A model generated the notes under the pieces. That model was not told the origin of the DNA, ran no database searches, and saw nothing but the letters and a program-made list of their open reading frames with translations. Source: Aliivibrio fischeri ES114 (GTDB lineage Bacteria; Pseudomonadota; Gammaproteobacteria; Enterobacterales; Vibrionaceae). From it: a stretch of 32,000 bases of DNA. Shown piece after piece: positions 8,239 through 17,227 of this stretch. The stretch lies in assembly GCF_000011805.1 (NCBI RefSeq), contig NC_006840.2. The stretch is one strand, 5' to 3'. The number at the start of each line of letters is the position of its first letter. Position 1 is the first letter of the stretch. The translations under genes and the position numbers were made by a program.

Positions 8239-9516
8239 ATGAAATTATTACCTGTTGCTCTGGCTGTTACAGCGACTCTTTCTTCATTTTCTACTTTTGC
8301 TGAAACAGATCCATTAGATAATATTCAATTAGATGATCAACAACCTTTAGTTATTTCTCCTCAATCGGATATTCCTGATGGGATTGTTTTTTCTGGTTAT
8401 GCTCGTTATGGCTTTCATTTTTCTGATGATACGCAAAAATATGTCTCAGCGGATGGTCAATTAATTGGTAATGCTGCTGGTCGTTTAGGTAATGAAAGTA
8501 ATGGCGGTGAGTTCCAGTTTGCAAAAGGATTTGTTTCTGATAATGGCACCATTTGGGATGTGGTTGTCATGCTAGAGCATTGGGGAGATGAGGTTGGCTT
8601 GAAGAAATTCTATGCGGGGGCGACGAATGTCTTTGAATCTCAACCTAATGCTTATATTTGGGCTGGTCGAGATTTCCATAACCGACCACAGACAGGATTA
8701 AACGATTACTTCTGGATGATGAATGATTCTCAAGGTGCTGGTATTAAAAACCTTGAGTTTGGTAACGTGAAATTCGATATGGCTGCAGTTGCACAAGTTG
8801 TTGATGGTGGTGGTACAGGTGACAGTGGTAATTACGCAATTACATCTAAATTACATGGAATTAATTTAACGGACGCATTAGATCTTTCTTTCTATGCGAA
8901 CTATGGTTTTTCCTCTAAAAATACTGAGACTGACAAGGACACGCAAACTTGTACGGGAACCGGTGCAGATAAGCAGTGTTATGTCGATGATATTGACTCG
9001 TACCAATTGGCGCTTGAGTTAAATCATAGTGTTGGAATGCTGAGTAATAAGTTTGTGGCTCGCTATGGTAATAACGTTGATAACAATATTTTTAATAAGA
9101 CAGAAGATTTATCGACGTTGTTGATGCAGCTAGAAGGTAAGTTAGTGATGAGCAATCAAACTAATATTGAATATCTAGTTGGTTATCAATCATTAGAAGA
9201 TAAAAATGCGAGTCAAGATGACCGAGCTAACTACAGTGCTATTGTGCGTCCCACTTATGCATGGAATAACATTCACTCGACATGGCTAGAAGCGGGTTAT
9301 TCACTGGTTGATTTTGATAATCAAAGCGGACAAAACGATGCTTGGAAAGTAACCTTATCTCAAAATATTAGCTTTGATATGGATTCAGGTGCAAGACCAA
9401 TGTTGAGATTTTACGCAACCGTTGGCGACTCAAATACAGAAGTGGATTTAACTCGTGGAGAAACGAGTAAGCAAGATACTTTTGCCGTTGGTGCTATGTG
9501 GGAAGCATGGTGGTAA
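8239..9516 (+). CDS. LamB-like carbohydrate-specific outer-membrane porin
   Basis: Signal peptide MKLLPVALAVTATLSSFSTFAE; FSGYARYGFHFS, AAGRLGNE, AYIWAGRDFHNRPQTGLNDYFWM; C-terminal MWEAWW typical of LamB-type porins. Confidence 0.88.
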   Translation: MKLLPVALAVTATLSSFSTFAETDPLDNIQLDDQQPLVISPQSDIPDGIVFSGYARYGFHFSDDTQKYVSADGQLIGNAAGRLGNESNGGEFQFAKGFVSDNGTIWDVVVMLEHWGDEVGLKKFYAGATNVFESQPNAYIWAGRDFHNRPQTGLNDYFWMMNDSQGAGIKNLEFGNVKFDMAAVAQVVDGGGTGDSGNYAITSKLHGINLTDALDLSFYANYGFSSKNTETDKDTQTCTGTGADKQCYVDDIDSYQLALELNHSVGMLSNKFVARYGNNVDNNIFNKTEDLSTLLMQLEGKLVMSNQTNIEYLVGYQSLEDKNASQDDRANYSAIVRPTYAWNNIHSTWLEAGYSLVDFDNQSGQNDAWKVTLSQNISFDMDSGARPMLRFYATVGDSNTEVDLTRGETSKQDTFAVGAMWEAWW

Positions 9517-9544
9517 CCAAAAGGATATAAAATAAGGGGGGAAT

Positions 9545-9579
9545 TGGGCTAGCAGCAATACTATGTGCTAGCCCAGTTT
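9545..9579. terminator. Terminator after the porin gene
   Basis: TGGGCTAGCA-gcaatactatg-TGCTAGCCCA followed by GTTTTC. Confidence 0.75.
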
Positions 9580-9582
9580 TCA

Positions 9583-9891
9583 TTAGTATTCTTCAGCCAT
9601 GCGATACGGAGGTAAATTAAACTTTGCTGCTTTAAAGCCTATCATGATCAATTTACCTGTGTAGTGGTCATCTCCCACGGAAGAAAACTCGAATTCATAA
9701 ATAGTGTGTAGGCGCTTTTTACCGTCAGGTAATTGAATACCGTAAGAACCTCTTGCGACACTAAGTAGCTGTAATTCCATTTTTTTACAATAATGTTGAA
9801 TAGCTTGGTGAGCATATTCCGATTGTCTTCTTTGTTGCCAAAAAAGAAAGCAGAATAGGGTTAGCGCTAATATCGCAAGTAGATTATCCAT
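9583..9891 (-). CDS. DUF3301-like small membrane-anchored protein
   Basis: N-terminal TM (LLAILALTLFCFLFW) then QQRRQSEYAHQAIQHYCKKMELQLLSVARG...; adjacent to a DUF3549-like gene. Confidence 0.7.
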   Translation of the reverse strand: MDNLLAILALTLFCFLFWQQRRQSEYAHQAIQHYCKKMELQLLSVARGSYGIQLPDGKKRLHTIYEFEFSSVGDDHYTGKLIMIGFKAAKFNLPPYRMAEEY

Positions 9892-9894
9892 ATC

Positions 9895-10932
9895 TTAGCT
9901 CTTGGTGGTTTGCTGCAATTTTAATAAAGCGTTAGCCAGTTTAGGATCCGCTTCTCCATGAAGGATCTGAAGCATGCACATACGAAGTTTCGGTTGCATT
10001 ACTAAATCAGCAAACAACTGATTAAATAGCTGTTGATCACCCGTTTGAGCCAATCGTAATAGGAAAAGATTAGCAGCAGACAGCTCCTCTAATCCACTCC
10101 AACAACGACCAGCAATAGCGACAAGAACTTCAGGGTGGCTTAGGCGCTCACTCGCTAAAATCAAAGTCAGTGCTTTAATTAAAGTATTCTTATCTGCTCC
10201 AGAAAGTGCACGAATATGTGCAGATAATAGAAACAGATCAGATTCTTTGTCGTTGCATAGATCTTGGATTGTTTCTAATTGCTTTTGTGCTAATTTTTCA
10301 GGTAAGTTGATGTGTTCTAAGCAACCTAATGTTGCGTATAAAACCGTTGTCGGTAAATGAGACAACGCTTTGCGAAGTGCTGTACTGTTGTTGTCTTTAT
10401 TTAGATTTGCACATACATCTGCTAACCCTTGCATTCCCACAAATTGCCAGTTATCCCAACCGTTTGTACCTGAAAGGTAAGTTTTAGCATGCTCATAATA
10501 TTGACTCATCGGCTGTGCTAATTCCGCACGCAAGAGACTATGAAACATTGCCATCTTGTCATCTTTAGGCTTAAAGGTATAAGGGTTATTTGACAACTTT
10601 TGTTGCTGCTCTTCGCTTAAATCGCCGCTTAATGACACTCCAATCGCTTCGATAACGTACTTAATAAAATTACCGATATCAGCTTGTTGCAGTAGACTTC
10701 GTTCATCTAAAGGCAGTTTTAAAAACCAAATCCAAGGTTGTTTTGTGTCATTCCAATAAGCGATAGCTAAATGAGCATGACGTTGTAGTGGGTAAGGATA
10801 AGGTTGCTGTCCAGCTTCAATAGATTCAAATTGTTTATTTGAGATAGGTTGAACACGGCGACCTAAGTCATAAATCGTGTATTCACAATCTGATTGCTGT
10901 ATCAGTTGGGTAAGCGTATAAATCTGATCCAT
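9895..10932 (-). CDS. DUF3549-like family protein
   Basis: MDQIYTLTQLIQQSDCEYTIYDLGRRVQPISNKQFESIE... The internal ATG at 10932 fits the family start better than the ORF start at 11004. Confidence 0.7.
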   Translation of the reverse strand: MDQIYTLTQLIQQSDCEYTIYDLGRRVQPISNKQFESIEAGQQPYPYPLQRHAHLAIAYWNDTKQPWIWFLKLPLDERSLLQQADIGNFIKYVIEAIGVSLSGDLSEEQQQKLSNNPYTFKPKDDKMAMFHSLLRAELAQPMSQYYEHAKTYLSGTNGWDNWQFVGMQGLADVCANLNKDNNSTALRKALSHLPTTVLYATLGCLEHINLPEKLAQKQLETIQDLCNDKESDLFLLSAHIRALSGADKNTLIKALTLILASERLSHPEVLVAIAGRCWSGLEELSAANLFLLRLAQTGDQQLFNQLFADLVMQPKLRMCMLQILHGEADPKLANALLKLQQTTKS

Positions 10933-11034
10933 GATATGTCTTATTTTATGGGTAATGTCGTGATTATACCCAAGCCTTGATAAGATGGTATCCTTTGTTA
11001 TCAAAAGTATCAGAGAGTGCGAGTTTTATCGGAT

Positions 11035-11349
11035 ATGACGACATCGTTAGAATTATCAACATTATTAGAGCAGTTAGCTCTGCAATTAGAACATCATGGG
11101 CACTGGCAACGTACGTCACCATCGATAGCCGATTTATCAAGTACAGAGCCATTTGCCATTGATACTCTATCTGCATCTGAGTGGTTGCAGTGGATTTTTA
11201 TCCCTAAGATGAATTATCTAATTGAGAATAATAAACCGACGCCAAAAGGGGTCTCAATTGCTCCCTATATTGAAGAAGCATTAAAGGATATTGAAGGGTA
11301 TAACGAGATTGTACGCTTATGTCATGCCATTGATGCATTAGGTAAATGA
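11035..11349 (+). CDS. yqcC: YqcC family protein
   Basis: LLEQLALQLEHHGHWQ...PFAIDTLSASEWLQWIFIPKMNYLIE; immediately upstream of truC, as is usual. Confidence 0.82.
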   Translation: MTTSLELSTLLEQLALQLEHHGHWQRTSPSIADLSSTEPFAIDTLSASEWLQWIFIPKMNYLIENNKPTPKGVSIAPYIEEALKDIEGYNEIVRLCHAIDALGK

Positions 11350-11350
11350 A

Positions 11351-12130
11351 GTGAATACAGAAGAAATGACAGCTGTGAATGATGAGTTATTAGAAGAACA
11401 AGCTGAGCCAATAGAGCTTGAGATTGTTTATCGTGATGAACATTTAATTGCGATTAATAAACCTGCAGGAATGTTAGTGCACCGTTCATGGCTTGATAAA
11501 CACGAAACGGTATTTGCGATGCAAACATTACGTGATCAAATTGGTCAGCATGTGTTTCCATTACATCGTTTAGACAGACCAACATCAGGGATATTATTCT
11601 TTGCTTTATCAAGCGAGATTGCTGCACAAGTATCTCCACTTTTCGCAAGCAGAGAAATAAAGAAAACCTATCATGCGATTGTTCGCGGATGGATTGAAGA
11701 GGCGAACACGCTTGATTATCCATTGAAAAAAGAACTCGATAAAATTGCAGACAAAAAGGCATCACAAGAAGTCGAAGCTAAAGAAGCGATTACAGAGTAC
11801 AAACCGTTAGCTAAAGTGGAGTTACCTTATTCAACAGGTAAGTTTCCAACCACGCGGTATTGTTTGATGGAGTTAAAACCACATACTGGTAGAAAGCATC
11901 AACTTCGTCGTCATATGGCACATTTACGTCACCCAATTGTTGGTGATACAAGTCACGGCGATGGAAAGCATAATCGTTTATTTAAAGAAAAATTGGATAG
12001 CCACCGTTTGTTACTTCACGCATCTGAATTGAATTTTACTCATCCAATAACGGGGGAGGATATCGTGATTAAAGCGGACTTTGATGAGACTTGGAAAAAA
12101 CTATTTACTGAGTTTGGTTGGGATTTTTGA
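11351..12130 (+). CDS. truC: tRNA pseudouridine(65) synthase TruC
   Basis: RluA-family HRLDRPTSGILFFALSSEIA and GRKHQLRRHMAHLRHPIVGDTSHGDGKHNR. Confidence 0.92.
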   Translation: MNTEEMTAVNDELLEEQAEPIELEIVYRDEHLIAINKPAGMLVHRSWLDKHETVFAMQTLRDQIGQHVFPLHRLDRPTSGILFFALSSEIAAQVSPLFASREIKKTYHAIVRGWIEEANTLDYPLKKELDKIADKKASQEVEAKEAITEYKPLAKVELPYSTGKFPTTRYCLMELKPHTGRKHQLRRHMAHLRHPIVGDTSHGDGKHNRLFKEKLDSHRLLLHASELNFTHPITGEDIVIKADFDETWKKLFTEFGWDF

Positions 12131-12141
12131 TTTTTTATTAT

Positions 12142-12179
12142 AAAAAAGGGAAGACAGTTTATCTGTCTTCCCTTTTTTT
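12142..12179. terminator. Bidirectional intrinsic terminator between convergent truC and suhB
   Basis: AAAAAAGGGAAGACAG-tttat-CTGTCTTCCCTTTTTTT. Confidence 0.93.
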
Positions 12180-12195
12180 AAATCAATAAATGAAA

Positions 12196-12999
12196 TTACT
12201 TCATCATAGCTTCGTTGCCGTTTTCACGAACTTTTTTAAGCATCGCTTTAACAACACGTGGGCTACCAGCAACTAGGTTACCAGATTTTAGGTAATCAGT
12301 ACCGCCAACGAAGTCAGTACAGATAACGCCAGCTTCACGAGCAATTAAGTCAGCCGCTGTCATTTCCCAAGGCTTAAGGCCTAGTTCAACAAAACCGTCC
12401 ATGCGTGCAGATGCTAGGTAACATAGGTCTAGAGATGCACAACCAGAACGACGAACGTCAGAACCTTCGATGAATAACGCACCAACAACTTTCATGAAGC
12501 TTTCAGTGTGTTGTTTGTGACGGTATGGGAAACCTGTAGAGATGATAGCTTCGCTAAGATCTTTTAACTCTTTAACGCGCATACGTTGGTTGTTGCGTTG
12601 AGCACCAGCACCACGTTGAGCAGTAAATAGTTCATTACGGATTGGATCGTATACACAAGCTACTTCTGTACGGCCTTTGATGCGAACAGCAATAGAAACA
12701 GAGAAGTGTGGGATACCTTTAACGAAGTTAGTCGTGCCATCTAATGGGTCAATGATCCATTGAATGTCAGTGTCTTTACCTTCAATTAGGCCAGACTCTT
12801 CAGAAATGATGCTGTGATCAGGGTAAGATTTCTTGATCATGTCAACAAGAATGTATTGAGCATCGGCTTCGATGTTCGTAATAAATTCGTTGTTGCCTTT
12901 CTTTGTTGTTTCAATTTTGTCAGTTTGCTCAAAAGATTTAGCAACAAAGTCACCAGCTTTACGTGCAGCACGTACAGCAATGTTTAGCATTGGATGCAT
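12196..12999 (-). CDS. suhB: Inositol-1-monophosphatase SuhB
   Basis: EESG, WIIDPLDGTTNFVKGIPHFSVSIA, and KPWEMTAADLIAREAG metal-binding motifs. Start MHPMLNIAVRAARKAG corresponds to 12999, not 13050. Confidence 0.95.
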   Translation of the reverse strand: MHPMLNIAVRAARKAGDFVAKSFEQTDKIETTKKGNNEFITNIEADAQYILVDMIKKSYPDHSIISEESGLIEGKDTDIQWIIDPLDGTTNFVKGIPHFSVSIAVRIKGRTEVACVYDPIRNELFTAQRGAGAQRNNQRMRVKELKDLSEAIISTGFPYRHKQHTESFMKVVGALFIEGSDVRRSGCASLDLCYLASARMDGFVELGLKPWEMTAADLIAREAGVICTDFVGGTDYLKSGNLVAGSPRVVKAMLKKVRENGNEAMMK

Positions 13000-13206
13000 A
13001 GTAATATCCCAAAAGATGTTAAAGAACAGAAATCGGCGGCGAGTATACACAGACTTATTATAAAAAGGAAGTGTTTATTTTTTGTTCATTCATTCTCTTT
13101 ATTACAAAAAAAGCGATCTAAGGTTAAAATCTCAGCGAGATAAAGAAGAAAGCCGTATTGCTTTATGTTAGTATCCGGCGGCTCTTTTCATTAGATGGGA
13201 AATAAC

Positions 13207-13932
13207 ATGTTAGATAAAATTCGTATTGTTCTTGTAGGAACTAGCCATTCAGGAAATATTGGTTCAGCTGCTCGCGCGATGAAAGTGATGGGGTTAACTA
13301 ATATGGTACTTGTTGCACCTGAGTGTGAAGTTGATGGCCAAGCCATTGCTTTAGCTGCAGGAGCAAGTGACATAGCGAATAATGCACGTGTTGTAGATAC
13401 ATTAGATGAAGCGATTTCTGATTGTGGTCTTGTTATTGGTTCAAGTGCTCGCTCTAGAACATTAGAATGGCCAATGTTAGAGCCACGAGAAGCGGGTATT
13501 AAAGCTATTGAAGAAGCGCCAACGCATCCAATTGCTTTTGTATTTGGTCGTGAAAGAGTCGGTTTGACAAATGAAGAGTTACAAAAATGTCATTTCCATG
13601 TATGTATTCCAGCTAACCCTGAATATAGCTCTTTAAATTTAGCAATGGCAGTGCAAACTATTAGTTACGAAGCACGCGTTGCATGGTTAGACAGTCAAGC
13701 ATATAAAGGGGAATCAAAAGAAGTTGATTACCCTTTGAACCATGAACTGGAATTATTCTACGAACACCTTGAAAAAGTGATGACGAATACCGACTTTATT
13801 AATAAGGCGCATCCAGGTCAGGTAATGAATAAAATGCGTCGTATGTTTAACCGCACACGTCCAGAAACTCAAGAATTACGCATTTTACGCGGTGTATTAA
13901 CCGCCGTAGAACGCAGTATGAAAGACAAGTAA
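13207..13932 (+). CDS. trmJ: tRNA (cytidine/uridine-2'-O-)-methyltransferase TrmJ
   Basis: SPOUT motifs: [59 protein letters not shown] at 13207 has upstream GGGA; located upstream of iscR. Confidence 0.92.
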   Translation: MLDKIRIVLVGTSHSGNIGSAARAMKVMGLTNMVLVAPECEVDGQAIALAAGASDIANNARVVDTLDEAISDCGLVIGSSARSRTLEWPMLEPREAGIKAIEEAPTHPIAFVFGRERVGLTNEELQKCHFHVCIPANPEYSSLNLAMAVQTISYEARVAWLDSQAYKGESKEVDYPLNHELELFYEHLEKVMTNTDFINKAHPGQVMNKMRRMFNRTRPETQELRILRGVLTAVERSMKDK

Positions 13933-13945
13933 TATCAAATAGTAA

Positions 13946-13995
13946 GTACTTGACTAAAATAGTAGGATAAATACTTGACCAAAATAGTCAGGTAT
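13946..13995. promoter_or_regulatory. Two tandem type-1-like IscR binding sites upstream of iscR
   Basis: GTACTTGACTAAAATAGTAGGATA and ATACTTGACCAAAATAGTCAGGTAT resemble the IscR type 1 consensus. Confidence 0.75.
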
Positions 13996-14039
13996 GGGAA
14001 ACTTCATTCCATACGAATAGTGTGGATATGAGGTAACTT

Positions 14040-14546
14040 ATGAAATTAACTTCAAAGGGAAGGTATGCAGTAACAGCAATGTTAGACGTTGCACTTCATG
14101 CCCAAGAAGGACCAGTGCCGCTTGCTGATATCTCAGAGCGCCAAGGAATTTCATTATCTTATCTTGAACAATTATTCTCTAGATTACGTAAAGCCGGTTT
14201 AGTTGCTAGCGTTCGAGGCCCAGGTGGTGGTTATCGCTTAGGATTAAAAGCTGAGCAAATTGCTGTTGGAATGGTTATTTCAGCCGTCGATGAATCAGTT
14301 GATGCAACGAAATGTCATGGAAAAGAAGGCTGCCAAGGTGGTACGCGTTGTTTAACGCACACATTGTGGCGTGATCTAAGTTCTCGAATCAGTACTTTCT
14401 TAGACGGTATTACGCTTGGTGAACTGATGCAAGATAATGAAGTTCAGCAAATATCCGATCGACAAAATGTTGATCTTGCCATAACAAATGGCTTAACTAC
14501 GAATTCAAAATTAACAAATTCTGTGGGTGTTAATGTCCGTTCTTAA
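14040..14546 (+). CDS. iscR: Fe-S cluster assembly transcriptional regulator IscR
   Basis: [46 protein letters not shown]; cysteines in [16 protein letters not shown]. Confidence 0.97.
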   Translation: MKLTSKGRYAVTAMLDVALHAQEGPVPLADISERQGISLSYLEQLFSRLRKAGLVASVRGPGGGYRLGLKAEQIAVGMVISAVDESVDATKCHGKEGCQGGTRCLTHTLWRDLSSRISTFLDGITLGELMQDNEVQQISDRQNVDLAITNGLTTNSKLTNSVGVNVRS

Positions 14547-14577
14547 CGGTCAAACGTCTGTATTTTTGGAGATGAAA

Positions 14578-15792
14578 ATGAAACTGCCAATTTACTTTGA
14601 TTATTCGGCTACGTGTCCTGTTGATAAACGTGTAGCGGATAAAATGGTTCAATACATGACAATGGATGGTTACTTTGGTAACCCTGCATCACGCTCACAC
14701 CGTTACGGCTGGCAGGCTGAAGAAGCGGTTGATACTGCACGTGAAAATATTGCCGATTTATTGAATGCTGATCCTCGTGAGATCGTATTTACATCGGGTG
14801 CAACAGAGTCTGACAACTTAGCAATTAAAGGTGCTGCGCATTTCTATAATAAGAAAGGTAAGCACATCATTACTTGTAAAACAGAACATAAAGCGGTTCT
14901 TGACCCATGTCGTCAACTTGAGCGTGAAGGTTATGAAGTAACTTACCTTGAGCCAGAATCAAACGGCCTTATTGACCTAGCTAAACTTGAAGCAGCAATG
15001 CGTGATGACACCGTTCTTGTTTCAATTATGCATGTAAATAACGAAATTGGTGTAATTCAAGATATTGCAGCAATTGGCGAGTTATGTCGTTCTCGTAAAA
15101 TTATTTTCCATGTTGATGCTGCACAATCTGCGGGTAAAATCCCACTAGATGTACAAGAAATTAAAGTAGATTTAATTTCACTATCAGCTCATAAAATTTA
15201 TGGCCCTAAAGGTATCGGCGCATTATATGTTCGTCGTAAGCCTCGCATTCGTTTAGAAGCACAAATGCACGGTGGTGGTCATGAGCGTGGTTTCCGTTCT
15301 GGTACTCTAGCAACACATCAAATTGTTGGTATGGGTGAAGCGTGTCGTATTGCAAAAGAAGAAATGCAAAAAGACTACGATCACTGTTTAGCAATGCGTG
15401 ACCGTTTATTGGACGGCATTAAAGATATGGAAGCGGTACACATTAATGGTGATTTAGACCAACGTGTACCAAGTAACCTGAATATCAGTTTTGAATTTGT
15501 TGAAGGTGAGTCTTTATTAATGGCTCTTAAAGATCTTGCTGTATCTTCTGGTTCTGCATGTACTTCAGCAAGTCTTGAACCTTCATATGTACTACGTGCA
15601 TTAGGTCTAAATGATGAACTAGCACACAGTTCAATTCGTTTCTCTTTTGGCCGTTATACAACAGCAGAAGAGATCGATCACGCGGTTTCACAAATTAGCC
15701 AAGCAGTAAACAAACTGCGTGATATGTCACCACTGTGGGACATGTACAAAGAAGGCATCGACTTAAACACGGTTGAGTGGGCACACCACTAA
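14578..15792 (+). CDS. iscS: Cysteine desulfurase IscS
   Basis: [23 protein letters not shown]; PLP lysine [12 protein letters not shown]; [21 protein letters not shown]. Start at 14578 with GGAG upstream. Confidence 0.97.
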   Translation: MKLPIYFDYSATCPVDKRVADKMVQYMTMDGYFGNPASRSHRYGWQAEEAVDTARENIADLLNADPREIVFTSGATESDNLAIKGAAHFYNKKGKHIITCKTEHKAVLDPCRQLEREGYEVTYLEPESNGLIDLAKLEAAMRDDTVLVSIMHVNNEIGVIQDIAAIGELCRSRKIIFHVDAAQSAGKIPLDVQEIKVDLISLSAHKIYGPKGIGALYVRRKPRIRLEAQMHGGGHERGFRSGTLATHQIVGMGEACRIAKEEMQKDYDHCLAMRDRLLDGIKDMEAVHINGDLDQRVPSNLNISFEFVEGESLLMALKDLAVSSGSACTSASLEPSYVLRALGLNDELAHSSIRFSFGRYTTAEEIDHAVSQISQAVNKLRDMSPLWDMYKEGIDLNTVEWAHH

Positions 15793-15826
15793 AACACGGA
15801 CGTTACAGAATTTAGAGGTATATATC

Positions 15827-16210
15827 ATGGCTTATAGCGAAAAAGTAATCGACCATTACGAAAACCCTCGTAATGTTGGTTCATTTGAAAAAGACGACCC
15901 ATCAGTGGGTAGCGGCATGGTTGGTGCTCCGGCTTGTGGTGATGTTATGAAACTACAAATCAAAGTATCTCCAGAAGGTGTTATCGAAGATGCAAAATTC
16001 AAAACATACGGTTGTGGTTCTGCAATTGCATCAAGCTCATTAGTTACTGAGTGGGTAAAAGGTAAAACACTAGACGAAGCTGCAGCACTTAAAAATGCTG
16101 AAATTGCAGAAGAGCTTGAGTTACCACCAGTGAAAGTTCACTGTTCAATTCTTGCAGAAGATGCGATCAAAGCAGCGGTATCTGATTACCGTAATAAACA
16201 CCAAGATTAA
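15827..16210 (+). CDS. iscU: Fe-S cluster scaffold IscU
   Basis: MAYSEKVIDHYENPRNVGSFEK, VGAPACGDVMKLQIKV, TYGCGSAIASSSLVTEW, LPPVKVHCSILAEDA. The listed ORF start at 15773 is too early. Confidence 0.98.
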   Translation: MAYSEKVIDHYENPRNVGSFEKDDPSVGSGMVGAPACGDVMKLQIKVSPEGVIEDAKFKTYGCGSAIASSSLVTEWVKGKTLDEAAALKNAEIAEELELPPVKVHCSILAEDAIKAAVSDYRNKHQD

Positions 16211-16228
16211 TTATTTTTGGTTAGATAG

Positions 16229-16299
16229 AGCACCTTTATTATTTGTTTTATTAATAAAAGGTGCTTTATTATTGAGTAATGTCGTTAATAATTAATGAC
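16229..16299 (+). other. Structured iscU-iscA intergenic region: hairpin plus second inverted repeat
   Basis: AGCACCTTTATTA...TAATAAAAGGTGCT (16229-16265) and GTCGTTAAT-a-ATTAATGAC (16281-16299). Confidence 0.6.
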
Positions 16300-16334
16300 T
16301 CCCATGACCACAAACAAAAAGTAAAGGTTGCAGT

Positions 16335-16658
16335 ATGGCCATTTCAGTCACCGAAGCAGCGGCAAGCCGTGTACAAAAATTTCTTGAAAACCGAGGAAAA
16401 GGCGTTGGTTTACGTTTAGGCGTAAGAACCTCTGGTTGTTCGGGTATGGCTTATATTCTTGAATTTGTTGATGAGCTAAACGAAGAAGATCAAGTTTTCG
16501 AACAGTTTGGTGTAAAAATCATTATCGATCCAAAAAGCTTAGCTTATATGGATGGCACTGAATTGGACTTTGCAAAAGAAGGTCTAAATGAAGGCTTTAA
16601 ATTCAACAACCCGAACGTAAAAAGTGAATGTGGGTGTGGTGAAAGCTTCAACGTATAG
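16335..16658 (+). CDS. iscA: Iron-sulfur cluster assembly protein IscA
   Basis: [23 protein letters not shown] and C-terminal CGCGESFNV. Confidence 0.97.
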   Translation: MAISVTEAAASRVQKFLENRGKGVGLRLGVRTSGCSGMAYILEFVDELNEEDQVFEQFGVKIIIDPKSLAYMDGTELDFAKEGLNEGFKFNNPNVKSECGCGESFNV

Positions 16659-16673
16659 AGCAAAACATTACTT

Positions 16674-17189
16674 ATGAATCATTTTGAATTATTTGGGCTA
16701 CCGAACCAGTTTGAACTGGATGGTGGCCTTCTTTCTCTTCAATTTAGAGAGTTGCAAAAACGCTTTCATCCAGATAATTTTGCAACATCTTCAGAGCGTG
16801 ACCGTTTACTTTCCATTCAAAAAGCTGCGCAAATTAATGATGCGTATCAAACATTAAAAAATCCAGTATCACGAGCTGAATACATACTTTCAGAGCAAGG
16901 TCATGATATTCGTGGTGAGCAAACCACAATGCAAGATCCTATGTTTTTAATGCAACAAATGGAACTGCGTGAAGAGTTAGAGTCATTACCATCAAGCTCA
17001 GATCCTGAAAGTGCTTTGTTTGATTTTGCTGAGAATGTAACAGCAATGCGTAAATCACAGTTAGTTCAACTGCAAGAACTATTGAAAAACGAAGCATGGA
17101 TTGAAGCCGCTCAGAGCGTTCGAAAGCTCAAATTTATTGAAAAACTGAATCAAGAAGTTGAGCAGTTAGAAGAGAAATTATTAGGTTAA
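16674..17189 (+). CDS. hscB: Fe-S assembly co-chaperone HscB
   Basis: MNHFELFGLPNQFELDG, J-domain with FHPDNF, C-terminal HscB helices. Confidence 0.95.
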   Translation: MNHFELFGLPNQFELDGGLLSLQFRELQKRFHPDNFATSSERDRLLSIQKAAQINDAYQTLKNPVSRAEYILSEQGHDIRGEQTTMQDPMFLMQQMELREELESLPSSSDPESALFDFAENVTAMRKSQLVQLQELLKNEAWIEAAQSVRKLKFIEKLNQEVEQLEEKLLG

Positions 17190-17227
17190 CTCTTTTTGGG
17201 TTAATGAGATAAACGAAGGATACTTTC

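Noticed and set aside
10964-11176. Overlapping small ORFs between the DUF3549 gene and yqcC (10964-11176 minus, 10977-11162 plus)
   Set aside because: They cover the divergent promoter region and the yqcC start; compositionally explained by the real genes.
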